64,000 nucleotides of DNA from positions 2,098-66,097 of the forward strand of contig JASFYT010000034.1 in NCBI GenBank assembly GCA_045047085.1, in the 5' to 3' direction. The stretch comes from Rhizobiaceae bacterium (GTDB lineage: Bacteria; Pseudomonadota; Alphaproteobacteria; Rhizobiales; Rhizobiaceae). Below the pieces are notes generated by a model. The model did no database searches. It had not been told where the DNA came from and was given only the letters and a program-made list of their open reading frames with translations. Below are positions 1 to 7,395 of the stretch, one piece after another. Position numbers and translations under genes: made by a program. Each line of letters begins with the position of its first letter. Position 1 is the stretch's first letter.

Positions 1-171
1 GCTGCCAGAAGCCTGTGGCTCTTTGATAATGTTGTAAGTTCCAATGGAAGCCACACTCATCAAACCTTCACGCAAAATTTTCACTTCAGTGCTTTCAGTG
101 TCCACCGGAAGGTTTGAAAAATTCGCATAAGCCTGCACACCACCAACGTAGTCAATCCCAGCTTCACTCAT
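1..171 (-). CDS. hypothetical protein, N-terminal part only (gene runs off the window start)
   Basis: The minus-strand ATG at 171..169 shares one base with the TAA stop of the upstream ORF (TAATG junction). The frame MSEAGIDYVGGVQAYANFSNLPVDTE... stays open to base 1. No family recognised. Confidence 0.3.
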   Translation of the reverse strand, partial: MSEAGIDYVGGVQAYANFSNLPVDTESTEVKILREGLMSVASIGTYNIIKEPQASGS

Positions 172-1034
172 TATGAAATAAGCTCCCGTGTATTGTCAGT
201 AATACATCTTTCAAAGATATCATTCTTTATCCTTTGCGCTTCTTCCAACACACTCCAAAGGTCAACATCCTTTCTTGGAATATCTTCCGTTCGAAAAACA
301 TCTATGTCCAACAATAGCGAGAAATGTTTGGGCAAGGGTGCCGCCGTGGTTGTTGATGTAATCGAATAAATCCAATGAGGAATGATCGAAGGTTGTATCA
401 CCTGAGCAACATACTTTAACATAGGGCCACCATAGATAGTAGGTACATTTGGATAAAAATTCAAGTAATGGCTTAACAACCCGCTTGTTGAACTGTTAAT
501 CGGGACATCTATACGATTGATATATCGAACTCCAATTCGTGCAACTGGCTGCTGACTGCTTTTTCTCATATTAGAATACACAGTCTGTGCAGCTTCACGC
601 AATTCTTCCCAGCCCATGTAAGGTGCCAATCGAGAGGCAGTAACACCTCCTGGTTGAACTATAACCACTTCATTTTGCTCACGATTTGACAACCTAAAAC
701 CCTGTGGGCTCTGATTAACACTGAGAACACCACCTGTTGACGTGGCATCGAGTTTGACATCAATATTTTGCATTTCCTTCGAATCTGGATACAATTTTCC
801 CAACCGTCGAACAATAGTTTCTACGACCCTTGGTGAAAAATCCGAATTCATGCGGAAATCAATTACAGCTTCCGTGATAGGAGCTCTTTTATATTCTCTA
901 CTGGATAGCAGTTCTGGCAAATCACCCTCGCGAGTATAACCTCTTGTGTATTTTAGGAGCATTTCTATCACAATAGGTAAAGAAAATTGTTGCTCATTTG
1001 CATTAATTCTTGTTGGAATCCAAAACACACACAC
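171..1034 (-). CDS. conserved hypothetical protein, TIGR04255-like
   Basis: 287-aa ORF. The N-terminal segment YKRAPITEAVIDFRM resembles the TIGR04255 family signature as I remember it. The ATG at 962 (MLLKYTRGY...) is a more likely start than the GTG at 1034. Confidence 0.45.
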   Translation of the reverse strand: MCVFWIPTRINANEQQFSLPIVIEMLLKYTRGYTREGDLPELLSSREYKRAPITEAVIDFRMNSDFSPRVVETIVRRLGKLYPDSKEMQNIDVKLDATSTGGVLSVNQSPQGFRLSNREQNEVVIVQPGGVTASRLAPYMGWEELREAAQTVYSNMRKSSQQPVARIGVRYINRIDVPINSSTSGLLSHYLNFYPNVPTIYGGPMLKYVAQVIQPSIIPHWIYSITSTTTAAPLPKHFSLLLDIDVFRTEDIPRKDVDLWSVLEEAQRIKNDIFERCITDNTRELIS

Positions 1035-1173
1035 CCAAAAAATTTCAAATGTGGGTTGATTGAGTAAAAATGTGGTTCATAAACGGAAAATTCTTGACAC
1101 AAATTTGACACATGCAGAACCCTAATTCGGCTCAATTAGTTGAAAAATAACAAAAAAAAGAAAAAGAAAACAT

Positions 1174-1235
1174 CCCCTGCTAAGGGAGTAGGCGCCAAAA
1201 GCGTCTCGAGGGTTCGAATCCCTTCCTCTCCGCCA
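1174..1235 (+). pseudogene. truncated tRNA-Ser(GCU): 3' part only (anticodon loop, long variable arm, T-arm, acceptor 3' strand, CCA)
   Basis: The sequence ...ccCTGCTAAggg agtaggcgccaaaagcgtctc gaGGGTTCGAATCCCttcctctccgCCA has the anticodon loop CU-GCU-AA, a class-II variable arm, and a GGTTCGAATCC T-loop. No D-arm or 5' acceptor strand (ggagaggaag) lies upstream, only an A-rich tract. Confidence 0.8.
1223..1235 (+). repeat. 13-nt direct repeat TTCCTCTCCGCCA, copy 1 (3' end of the tRNA-Ser fragment); candidate att core
   Basis: The identical 13-mer recurs in the same orientation at 20452..20464. Confidence 0.6.
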
Positions 1236-1439
1236 TTATTTTTCATGTAACTAATTGATTTAATTAGTTGTTTTATGAAATTACACCAAATAATGGCTAA
1301 TACGCCCTGTTTTGCTACTCATTTTGCTGCACAAATGGGTTCAAGCATTGGAATATGTCTCTTATAAAATGTGATTCTAACTTTTCCATGAGAAGGCGCC
1401 TACTCAATCATTAAAAGCCTGTCGATACTCGTCAATATG

Positions 1440-1856
1440 TCTGGATCAGCTTCCATACGAATTCTGAAACCTTGGCTTGCCAGAACTTGCCCGTGGCATG
1501 ACTGAACCTTTCGCCGTCAATCAGCAAATTAAGACCGCCTGCCCATTCTAAAGGAGGATGGACAAGCACCATACAATGATGAAATCGCATTGCGGCTTCC
1601 AAATGTTTTTGTCAACGACGATGTTAAAATCATCCACTACATCTATGACTTTGGCGATGGCTGAGATCATCAGATCAAAATGGGAAAGTTCAGCAATCCT
1701 GTTCCAAATGAACTCTTTCTAAAATTGATTAATCTTGCTTGATCCTGCCTACCCAAAGATATTTTTGGAACCGTAGAAGCCATGGCTGATCTGAAACATC
1801 CAGAACACGACGAGCTCAAACTCGATGTTCTAAAACATTTAAAAAATAGAAACTAA
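1440..1856 (+). pseudogene. decayed pRiA4b ORF-3-like (plasmid-associated family) gene
   Basis: Translation gives ...IIHYIYDFGDG*DHQIKMGK...LINLA*SCLPKDIFGTVEAMADLKHPEHDEL...; this matches the Y.YDFGDGWEHEI and CPPEDxGG blocks of that family but has in-frame stops (for example TGG to TGA in GDGW). The upstream part is frameshifted. Confidence 0.5.
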
Positions 1857-2019
1857 GAAAAACCAAATTTAGGGCGGCCACACCGGACGCTTACCTTACA
1901 AACGGAATATTGAAGAAACAAATATCCTCAAACTCCATGCGTAACTCTACTGCATCTGGTAGCAAAAAAGATGCTTTCCATCCCCCGTACAACCAACGTT
2001 GGGACTGTAAGGTCAGGCA

Positions 2020-2643
2020 TCATCGGCCAGTTACGGCGTTAAGAACTTCACCAATGCGTTGCTGTGCAATTTTCAACGGCTCTGTTTCTCCCGCCATGGA
2101 AATTCGGCCCGTGGCCCCCATCATCTGAACATCTATGAGCGTAATTTCAGGGGCGGCTTTTTCTGCTTCGTTTGCCGCCATTGCAGCAAACAAAGCCGGA
2201 GCCATTTCATAGAGGAGAAGTGACTGGCCGGGCAGGATCATCGAAGCCTCACGCATGCGGTTATAAATAACGGCATGCTGATCTGAAATATTTTCGATGA
2301 TATCGGTAAACAATATTTCGGGCTTCAACTGATCTTCCGCCTTGCAATTGATCCCCTCAAGGATGGCCTCCCCTGCCCCCATGACCACTTCACGCGCGCT
2401 CGAATGTAATTCAAGCAAGCCGAAATGGCGCTCCGTAAACAAAATCCCCGGCTCAAGATCCGGCGCTGCTTTCAACGCCAGATCAGCAATTCGGTGAATT
2501 GCAAGCGCAGGTGCAACTTCGATAATGAGGCTGTGATCACCAACAAATGGCGGATACCCCCGGGCACGGGTCGGAGTCGCCATATACGCCGCAAACTGCG
2601 GTTGTAGATCCTCAATGGGCAGATAAACACGTAACTCTGTCAT
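2020..2643 (-). CDS. BMC shell protein, tandem-domain (BMC-T-like), paralog 1
   Basis: 207 aa with two internal BMC-like repeats (EVAPALAIHRIADLALKAAPD and EMAPALFAAMAANEAEKAAPE). It is a paralog of 3711..4331 and lies in an operon with BMC-H and BMC-P genes. Confidence 0.8.
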   Translation of the reverse strand: MTELRVYLPIEDLQPQFAAYMATPTRARGYPPFVGDHSLIIEVAPALAIHRIADLALKAAPDLEPGILFTERHFGLLELHSSAREVVMGAGEAILEGINCKAEDQLKPEILFTDIIENISDQHAVIYNRMREASMILPGQSLLLYEMAPALFAAMAANEAEKAAPEITLIDVQMMGATGRISMAGETEPLKIAQQRIGEVLNAVTGR

Positions 2644-2695
2644 CTATTTTTCAATCATTCTCACATAACCGCCACGCGGCCAGCACAACAGCGTT

Positions 2696-2986
2696 TTATT
2701 TGCCAGTACCAGTATTAAAGTTAAAATGGCTGGCCAGATCAGCGTGAGGACGTGGGATCACATGAACTGATATTAACTCGCCAATTTGACCCGCTGTGTC
2801 AGCGCCCGCTTCGGTAGCAGCCTTAACAGCACCCACATCTCCCTGAATAACCACAGATACCAGACCTGCGCCCACTTCTTCACGAGACACAATTTTCACA
2901 TTGGCAGCTTTCACCATTGCATCTGCCGCAGCCAGCGCAGCCACAAAACCTTTGGTCTCAATCATTCCTATTGCTTCATTTGACAT
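2696..2986 (-). CDS. BMC shell protein, single-domain hexamer type (BMC-H, PduA/EutM-like)
   Basis: [30 protein letters not shown]... is the canonical Pfam00936-type N-terminus. The ATG at 2986 is preceded by AAGGAG. The TTG-extended ORF reaching 3004 is not needed. Confidence 0.9.
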   Translation of the reverse strand: MSNEAIGMIETKGFVAALAAADAMVKAANVKIVSREEVGAGLVSVVIQGDVGAVKAATEAGADTAGQIGELISVHVIPRPHADLASHFNFNTGTGK

Positions 2987-3009
2987 TTGTTTTCTCCTTT
3001 TCAAAAAAA

Positions 3010-3252
3010 TTAATTATCATCGTCGATCGATCCGATGATCAAGGCGTCAATCGGTGCCTTGACGTTATCAAAATAGGCCGCCGCTACAGACCCTTGCACA
3101 ACCAGCACATCTTCTCCCTCACCGCAGCCAAGCGGATCGAGGGCGATAATTTCTGTGCCGTTTTCCAGCTCCACATTCAGCAATGCCCCTTGTGGCAGAG
3201 TCTCTATACGCTTTGTTGACCAAAGCCTGCCGGTAACACGTCCTCTCACCAT
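3010..3252 (-). CDS. BMC vertex protein (BMC-P, EutN/CcmL family)
   Basis: 80 aa, [29 protein letters not shown]...LVVQGSVAA...[11 protein letters not shown], the typical EutN/CcmL pattern. Confidence 0.85.
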   Translation of the reverse strand: MVRGRVTGRLWSTKRIETLPQGALLNVELENGTEIIALDPLGCGEGEDVLVVQGSVAAAYFDNVKAPIDALIIGSIDDDN

Positions 3253-3707
3253 TATCTCATCCTTTCAATTATTATTTTACGCAGCCTGAGGCGATCTCGC
3301 GCCAAGGGAGTAAACCGGACTGCCCGCCCAAGTCGCACAATTTTCGTCTCCTGCGGCAGTGCCTCAACTTGCCTCTCGGACAAAAATCCATTTTCAATCT
3401 GCACCACACCACCCTGCGACGCCGGTACAGGCATATCCGCCTTCAGCCCGGAAGTGCGGTCAGAAGTGGTCTTCAACCGAAAAACATGATCGCCCCTAGC
3501 GATCTTGTCTCTCATAGGCTTGTTCTGGCTGAGCTTCAAAATTTGCTGAACCAGCGATTGCAAATCATCGTCGTTGTTTATCGACACAAACTCCTCGTCT
3601 ACCGATAGTTTTGAAACAAGAGCGCGCACTTTGCGTTCTTCGGCAATGAGAGACAGTTCTTCCGCCAGTATTTCACGAATGATGGATCTGACCGCATCAG
3701 TTGTCAT
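3252..3707 (-). CDS. BMC-operon protein of unknown function with an N-terminal encapsulation-peptide-like amphipathic helix
   Basis: 151 aa, embedded between the BMC-T and BMC-P genes with stop/start overlap. Its N-terminus AVRSIIREILAEELSLI resembles the C-terminus of the adjacent aldehyde dehydrogenase. No catalytic family recognised. Confidence 0.6.
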   Translation of the reverse strand: MTTDAVRSIIREILAEELSLIAEERKVRALVSKLSVDEEFVSINNDDDLQSLVQQILKLSQNKPMRDKIARGDHVFRLKTTSDRTSGLKADMPVPASQGGVVQIENGFLSERQVEALPQETKIVRLGRAVRFTPLARDRLRLRKIIIERMR

Positions 3708-3710
3708 GGC

Positions 3711-4331
3711 TTAGGCGTCTCCATGACCATCGAAACCACCCAGTGCATATTCTGCCGCTTCTTGCGCAGCGCGAATTTCAGACTCACCGCCCGACAGATA
3801 GACGCGCCCGTTTGCACCAATCATACGATAGTCAACCACTTTGATATTGGCTGCCTTTTCCGCTTCATTTGCCGCAAGGATGGCATAAGATGCGGGTTGC
3901 ATTTCGAGCAGGTATAAGGACTCACCACCCAGCACCATCGATCCCAATTTATTCCGGTTGATCAAAAATGCATGTTGGTTATCTATACGTGTCACGATTT
4001 TCGAACCCACTATCTTGGGTTGCATTGCGTCATTGGACTCCGCGCCAAGCGCATCCAGAACCGCCTGCGCGGATTCCCGCACCGCTGATGTATCGCGGGA
4101 ATGGAATTCCAGATAACCAAATTGGCGCTCGACAACCAGAATACCGGCACGAACATCCGCATGCTTCAGCGCAATATTGGTCAGGTTTTCAATATCAAGA
4201 CCAGGAGCAATTTCGATGATTTGTGCTGCAACATTGGCGCGAGGCAAGGACCCCCTCATCCAACTGGCCATGTAAGACATGGTTTGCGGTTGTAACTGGT
4301 CGATGAATATGAATGATCGTAAATTTGCCAT
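3711..4331 (-). CDS. BMC shell protein, tandem-domain (BMC-T-like), paralog 2
   Basis: 206 aa with internal repeats EIAPGLDIENLTNIALKHADV and EMQPASYAILAANEAEKAANI. It shares the N-terminal DQLQPQ motif with 2020..2643. Confidence 0.8.
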   Translation of the reverse strand: MANLRSFIFIDQLQPQTMSYMASWMRGSLPRANVAAQIIEIAPGLDIENLTNIALKHADVRAGILVVERQFGYLEFHSRDTSAVRESAQAVLDALGAESNDAMQPKIVGSKIVTRIDNQHAFLINRNKLGSMVLGGESLYLLEMQPASYAILAANEAEKAANIKVVDYRMIGANGRVYLSGGESEIRAAQEAAEYALGGFDGHGDA

Positions 4332-4334
4332 GGG

Positions 4335-5927
4335 TCAGCCTTTCAACGCAGAGCGTAATTCTTCAGCGATGATGCGACGGATGGTTTCGCGCAATTTGTG
4401 GTCTTGCTGAGAAATAGGGCGAGCTGTAGGTTCGGGGGCCTTGAGGTTTGCACTTCTTCCTCCTGATTGTCCGGGCACACCATCAGCCGGAGCTTTTAGC
4501 AATTTTCCCCGGTGGGTCAAACTGGCCATCTGGCGCCCATCAAGGTTTCCCGCCACATCCTTGTTCCATGCAATCTTGGTCCAGTTCACCAGGTGCTGCG
4601 GACCAACATTTTCACCGACAGATGAACGGCCAAAATAACCGGTGCCTATTGTGAAAGTTGGAGCGAGATTGGTTGCAAAACCAGCAGCTCCCTGACTGCA
4701 TGGCGCGTTGACAATTACACGGTACACTTCAACACTGGCGGCGTAATCCATGATGATTTGATCATCGTTTGCATGAATGGCTGCAGAGTGCCCTGCCCCG
4801 GTATAGCGCAGTAAAGCGCGCGCTTGTTTCATCACTTGCGAATGGCTATTCGCCACATAATATCCCAGTACCGGACAAAGTTTTTCGCGCGAAAGCACTT
4901 CGCCTACCCCGATCTTGTCGATTGGCGTGATGAGAACTTTGGTTTTACGAGGCACTTTGAACCCGGCCTGTTCGGCAATCCACGACGCATCGCGCCCCAA
5001 AGCTTCCACATTAAATCCACGCTGGTGAAACAAATAATTGCGCAGCAACTCGACTTCGTTTGGTTTGCAGATATGACATCCGGCGCGATCCAGTTCGCGC
5101 ATCAATTGGGCCGAAATCTCTTTCAAAGTGATCAACACCGACTCGTTGGTACACAAAACCGAATTGTCAAATGACTTGCTATCGGAGATGAACTTCGCTG
5201 CCTGCTTCAGATCAGCACTCGTATCCACAAAAACCGGAGCATTGCCGGGGCCGACCCCAATCGCCGGGTTGGAGGAAGAATAGGCTGCCCGCACCATGGC
5301 GCTGCCGCCCGTGGCAAGAATAACATTTGTCTTGTCCGACTTCATGAATTCGTCGATCAGCAAAAGGTTGGGATGTTCAATGACCTGAATGACAGCTTCC
5401 GGCGCACCTGCTGCCTCAGCAGCTTTTATCAATGTATTGACCGCATCAACAGAGCATTCACGCGCTGCGGGATGAGGGCTGACTACAATTGCGTTACGGG
5501 TCATCAGGGCGCACAACACCTTGAAATAAATTGTAGCAATCGGATTGGTAGATGGTGCAAGCGCAAAAACCACACCTGCGGGTCTCGGTACTTCGATGAT
5601 GTTGGTTTCTGCATCAAATCTCGGGTTCACAAAATCCCGATCCCGGTAATGTTCAACCAGCGGTAATGCGGAAAGTTCGTTTTTCAGCGTCTTATGTTCG
5701 GCAACGCCAAATCCGGTTTCTTTGACCGCCCAGTCGCCATACTTTCCAGCATTTTCATGGGCAGCTTTTGCCACTGCATCTGCGATGGCGAGTGTTGATT
5801 CTCGATCATAACGTTGAAAGACCTGAGATGCCCATCTCGCACGTTCCAGCGTCATATCGGCGGCAGCCCGTAACGCTGCGTCTGTGGCACTTATATCGAC
5901 GAGTTTTGCAATCGACAGATCCATCAC
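4335..5927 (-). CDS. CoA-acylating aldehyde dehydrogenase (EutE/PduP-like) with a C-terminal extension ending in an encapsulation-peptide-like helix
   Basis: 530 aa with the SFDNSVLCTNES catalytic-Cys block and an ATGGSAMV NAD-binding region. A roughly 60-aa Pro/Gly-rich tail ends in KLRETIRRIIAEELRSALKG. Confidence 0.85.
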   Translation of the reverse strand: MMDLSIAKLVDISATDAALRAAADMTLERARWASQVFQRYDRESTLAIADAVAKAAHENAGKYGDWAVKETGFGVAEHKTLKNELSALPLVEHYRDRDFVNPRFDAETNIIEVPRPAGVVFALAPSTNPIATIYFKVLCALMTRNAIVVSPHPAARECSVDAVNTLIKAAEAAGAPEAVIQVIEHPNLLLIDEFMKSDKTNVILATGGSAMVRAAYSSSNPAIGVGPGNAPVFVDTSADLKQAAKFISDSKSFDNSVLCTNESVLITLKEISAQLMRELDRAGCHICKPNEVELLRNYLFHQRGFNVEALGRDASWIAEQAGFKVPRKTKVLITPIDKIGVGEVLSREKLCPVLGYYVANSHSQVMKQARALLRYTGAGHSAAIHANDDQIIMDYAASVEVYRVIVNAPCSQGAAGFATNLAPTFTIGTGYFGRSSVGENVGPQHLVNWTKIAWNKDVAGNLDGRQMASLTHRGKLLKAPADGVPGQSGGRSANLKAPEPTARPISQQDHKLRETIRRIIAEELRSALKG

Positions 5928-7201
5928 CGTACCTTCTTCCGGTTGGAACCCATAATTTCCTCGGACGCCAGACCGATTGCAATTTCCACACGGGTCAGCA
6001 AATCTTCACACAGGCTTTGTGTCATCAATATACCCGGTTTGAATTGCAAAACACTTGGATCAAGGGTTGAAAATATCGCCCATACACCATGCTCGTAAAG
6101 GTGCCTCATTACCGGCTTCGCGCCCTCAGGGTCATTGAATTCCAGCCCTAAAATAACACCATTTTGCCGAATGCCCGTGAAGAAATCCGGGTAGAGCGCC
6201 TGAATATCGTCGAGCCCCGCACGGATAAAGTCAGAAACATAACGCACCATCGTGGCAACTTCCGGCCTCTGAGTTATTTCAAGCACTTTCAGCGCGACAA
6301 TGCAGCCAAGTTCTGCTCCCCCTGTGGTGGACATGTGAGCAAAGCCATCCTGCTTCAACCACTGCCCTGCCCGCTCGTTAACAACACAACACGAAATTGG
6401 ATACATGCCGCCGGTAATGCCCTTACCGATCACCATGATATCTGGTGTAACGCCGTATTTGGTAATGCCCCAAAGTTCGCCTGTACGCATTAATCCGGTC
6501 TGCACTTCATCAGCTATATAGAGCGCATCAAACCGCTCGCACAGGCTTTTTACGGCAGGCAGATAGCCCTCATTTGGCATTGGAAAACCATAGGTGGCCG
6601 GGATCGTTTCCATGATGACAGCGGCAACATCCCTTCCTCTCAACGCATCTTCCATTGCATCAAGATCATTGAATGGCACTTGAATAAATTCCCCAAGCGT
6701 ATCTTCTGACAAAAACATTTCGGAAAATCGCTCATCGCCTGTTTTAACAGCCAGACCGGAGTGTCCGTGATAAGCTTTGATAATCGAAACAATTTTGCGT
6801 TTTTGGGTTGCGTGCCGCGCAGATTTTATTGCCAGCTCCACGGCCTCAGCACCACCTGCCCCATAAATGGTATATTGCAGACCATCGGGTGTGCAGTCAG
6901 CCAAGGCCTCAGCCAAGGCCGTTCGGGCCAAAGCTGGAAAATGATGATTGCCCATATCAAAACGTTTTGCACCGGCATTCAATACTTCGATCAGTTCTGC
7001 ATTGCGATGGCCCAGATTATAGGTGCCGCCGTTGAGATGCACATCAATCAGGCGCTTGCCATCTAAATCATAGAGGCAATATCCTTCACGGCGATCAATC
7101 ACCAGATCGACGCCAACATCCTGCCAGAACTGGGTTTTATCCGGGTTCCAGAAAGCTTTCGACTGCTCCAGGAATTCCAGTTTTTCTGCACTCACAAGCA
7201 A
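5924..7201 (-). CDS. class-III aminotransferase-fold PLP enzyme; probable amino-alcohol-phosphate phospho-lyase
   Basis: 425 aa with DEVQTGLMRTGELWG and DIMVIGKGITGG (PLP-Lys) blocks. A 4-nt ATGA overlap links it to the AldDH gene. Pairing with an APH-type kinase is the known kinase/phospho-lyase arrangement. The lyase assignment, as opposed to a transaminase, is inference. Confidence 0.75.
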   Translation of the reverse strand: MLVSAEKLEFLEQSKAFWNPDKTQFWQDVGVDLVIDRREGYCLYDLDGKRLIDVHLNGGTYNLGHRNAELIEVLNAGAKRFDMGNHHFPALARTALAEALADCTPDGLQYTIYGAGGAEAVELAIKSARHATQKRKIVSIIKAYHGHSGLAVKTGDERFSEMFLSEDTLGEFIQVPFNDLDAMEDALRGRDVAAVIMETIPATYGFPMPNEGYLPAVKSLCERFDALYIADEVQTGLMRTGELWGITKYGVTPDIMVIGKGITGGMYPISCCVVNERAGQWLKQDGFAHMSTTGGAELGCIVALKVLEITQRPEVATMVRYVSDFIRAGLDDIQALYPDFFTGIRQNGVILGLEFNDPEGAKPVMRHLYEHGVWAIFSTLDPSVLQFKPGILMTQSLCEDLLTRVEIAIGLASEEIMGSNRKKVR

Positions 7202-7246
7202 ACACCTCTCAACATCCTGACAGGGTGCCTGAGTAATCGGCTAAGT

Positions 7247-7336
7247 ACTTGACACATAGAGATATAAACTTGACAGAGAACGCGCGCGCAACAAGCTATT
7301 TGCACAATGTCAAATGTCACCGCTTCATTGTCAAGT
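7247..7336. promoter_or_regulatory. four ACTTGACA-type boxes in the divergent BMC/kinase intergenic region (candidate operator and -35 elements)
   Basis: ACTTGACA lies at 7247..7254 and 7268..7275 on the plus strand. ACTTGACA at 7336..7329 and ATTTGACA at 7315..7308 lie on the minus strand. Both pairs are spaced exactly 21 bp and are arranged as a mirror image. Confidence 0.5.
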
Positions 7337-7395
7337 GATGTGGGGCATAACCATTTACCGTCGAGACATAAACAAGATGGTCGGATACGGAATAT

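Noticed and set aside
742-939. Many 60-180-aa ORFs lie antisense to, or out of frame within, long well-supported genes. Examples are 742..939, 4824..5174, 13642..14172, 16058..16738, 24668..25204, 29334..29828, 45403..45966, and 56365..56910.
   Set aside because: They lie entirely inside ORFs with clear family signatures on the other strand or frame. They have no recognisable motifs and no ribosome-binding sites, so they are shadow ORFs.
1141-1173. The A-rich tract (aaaataacaaaaaaaagaaaaagaaaaca) immediately 5' of the tRNA fragment, considered as a separate repeat or poly-A tail of a retroelement.
   Set aside because: It is a single short homopolymer-rich stretch with no flanking element structure. 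It is most simply the junction DNA of the integrated element.
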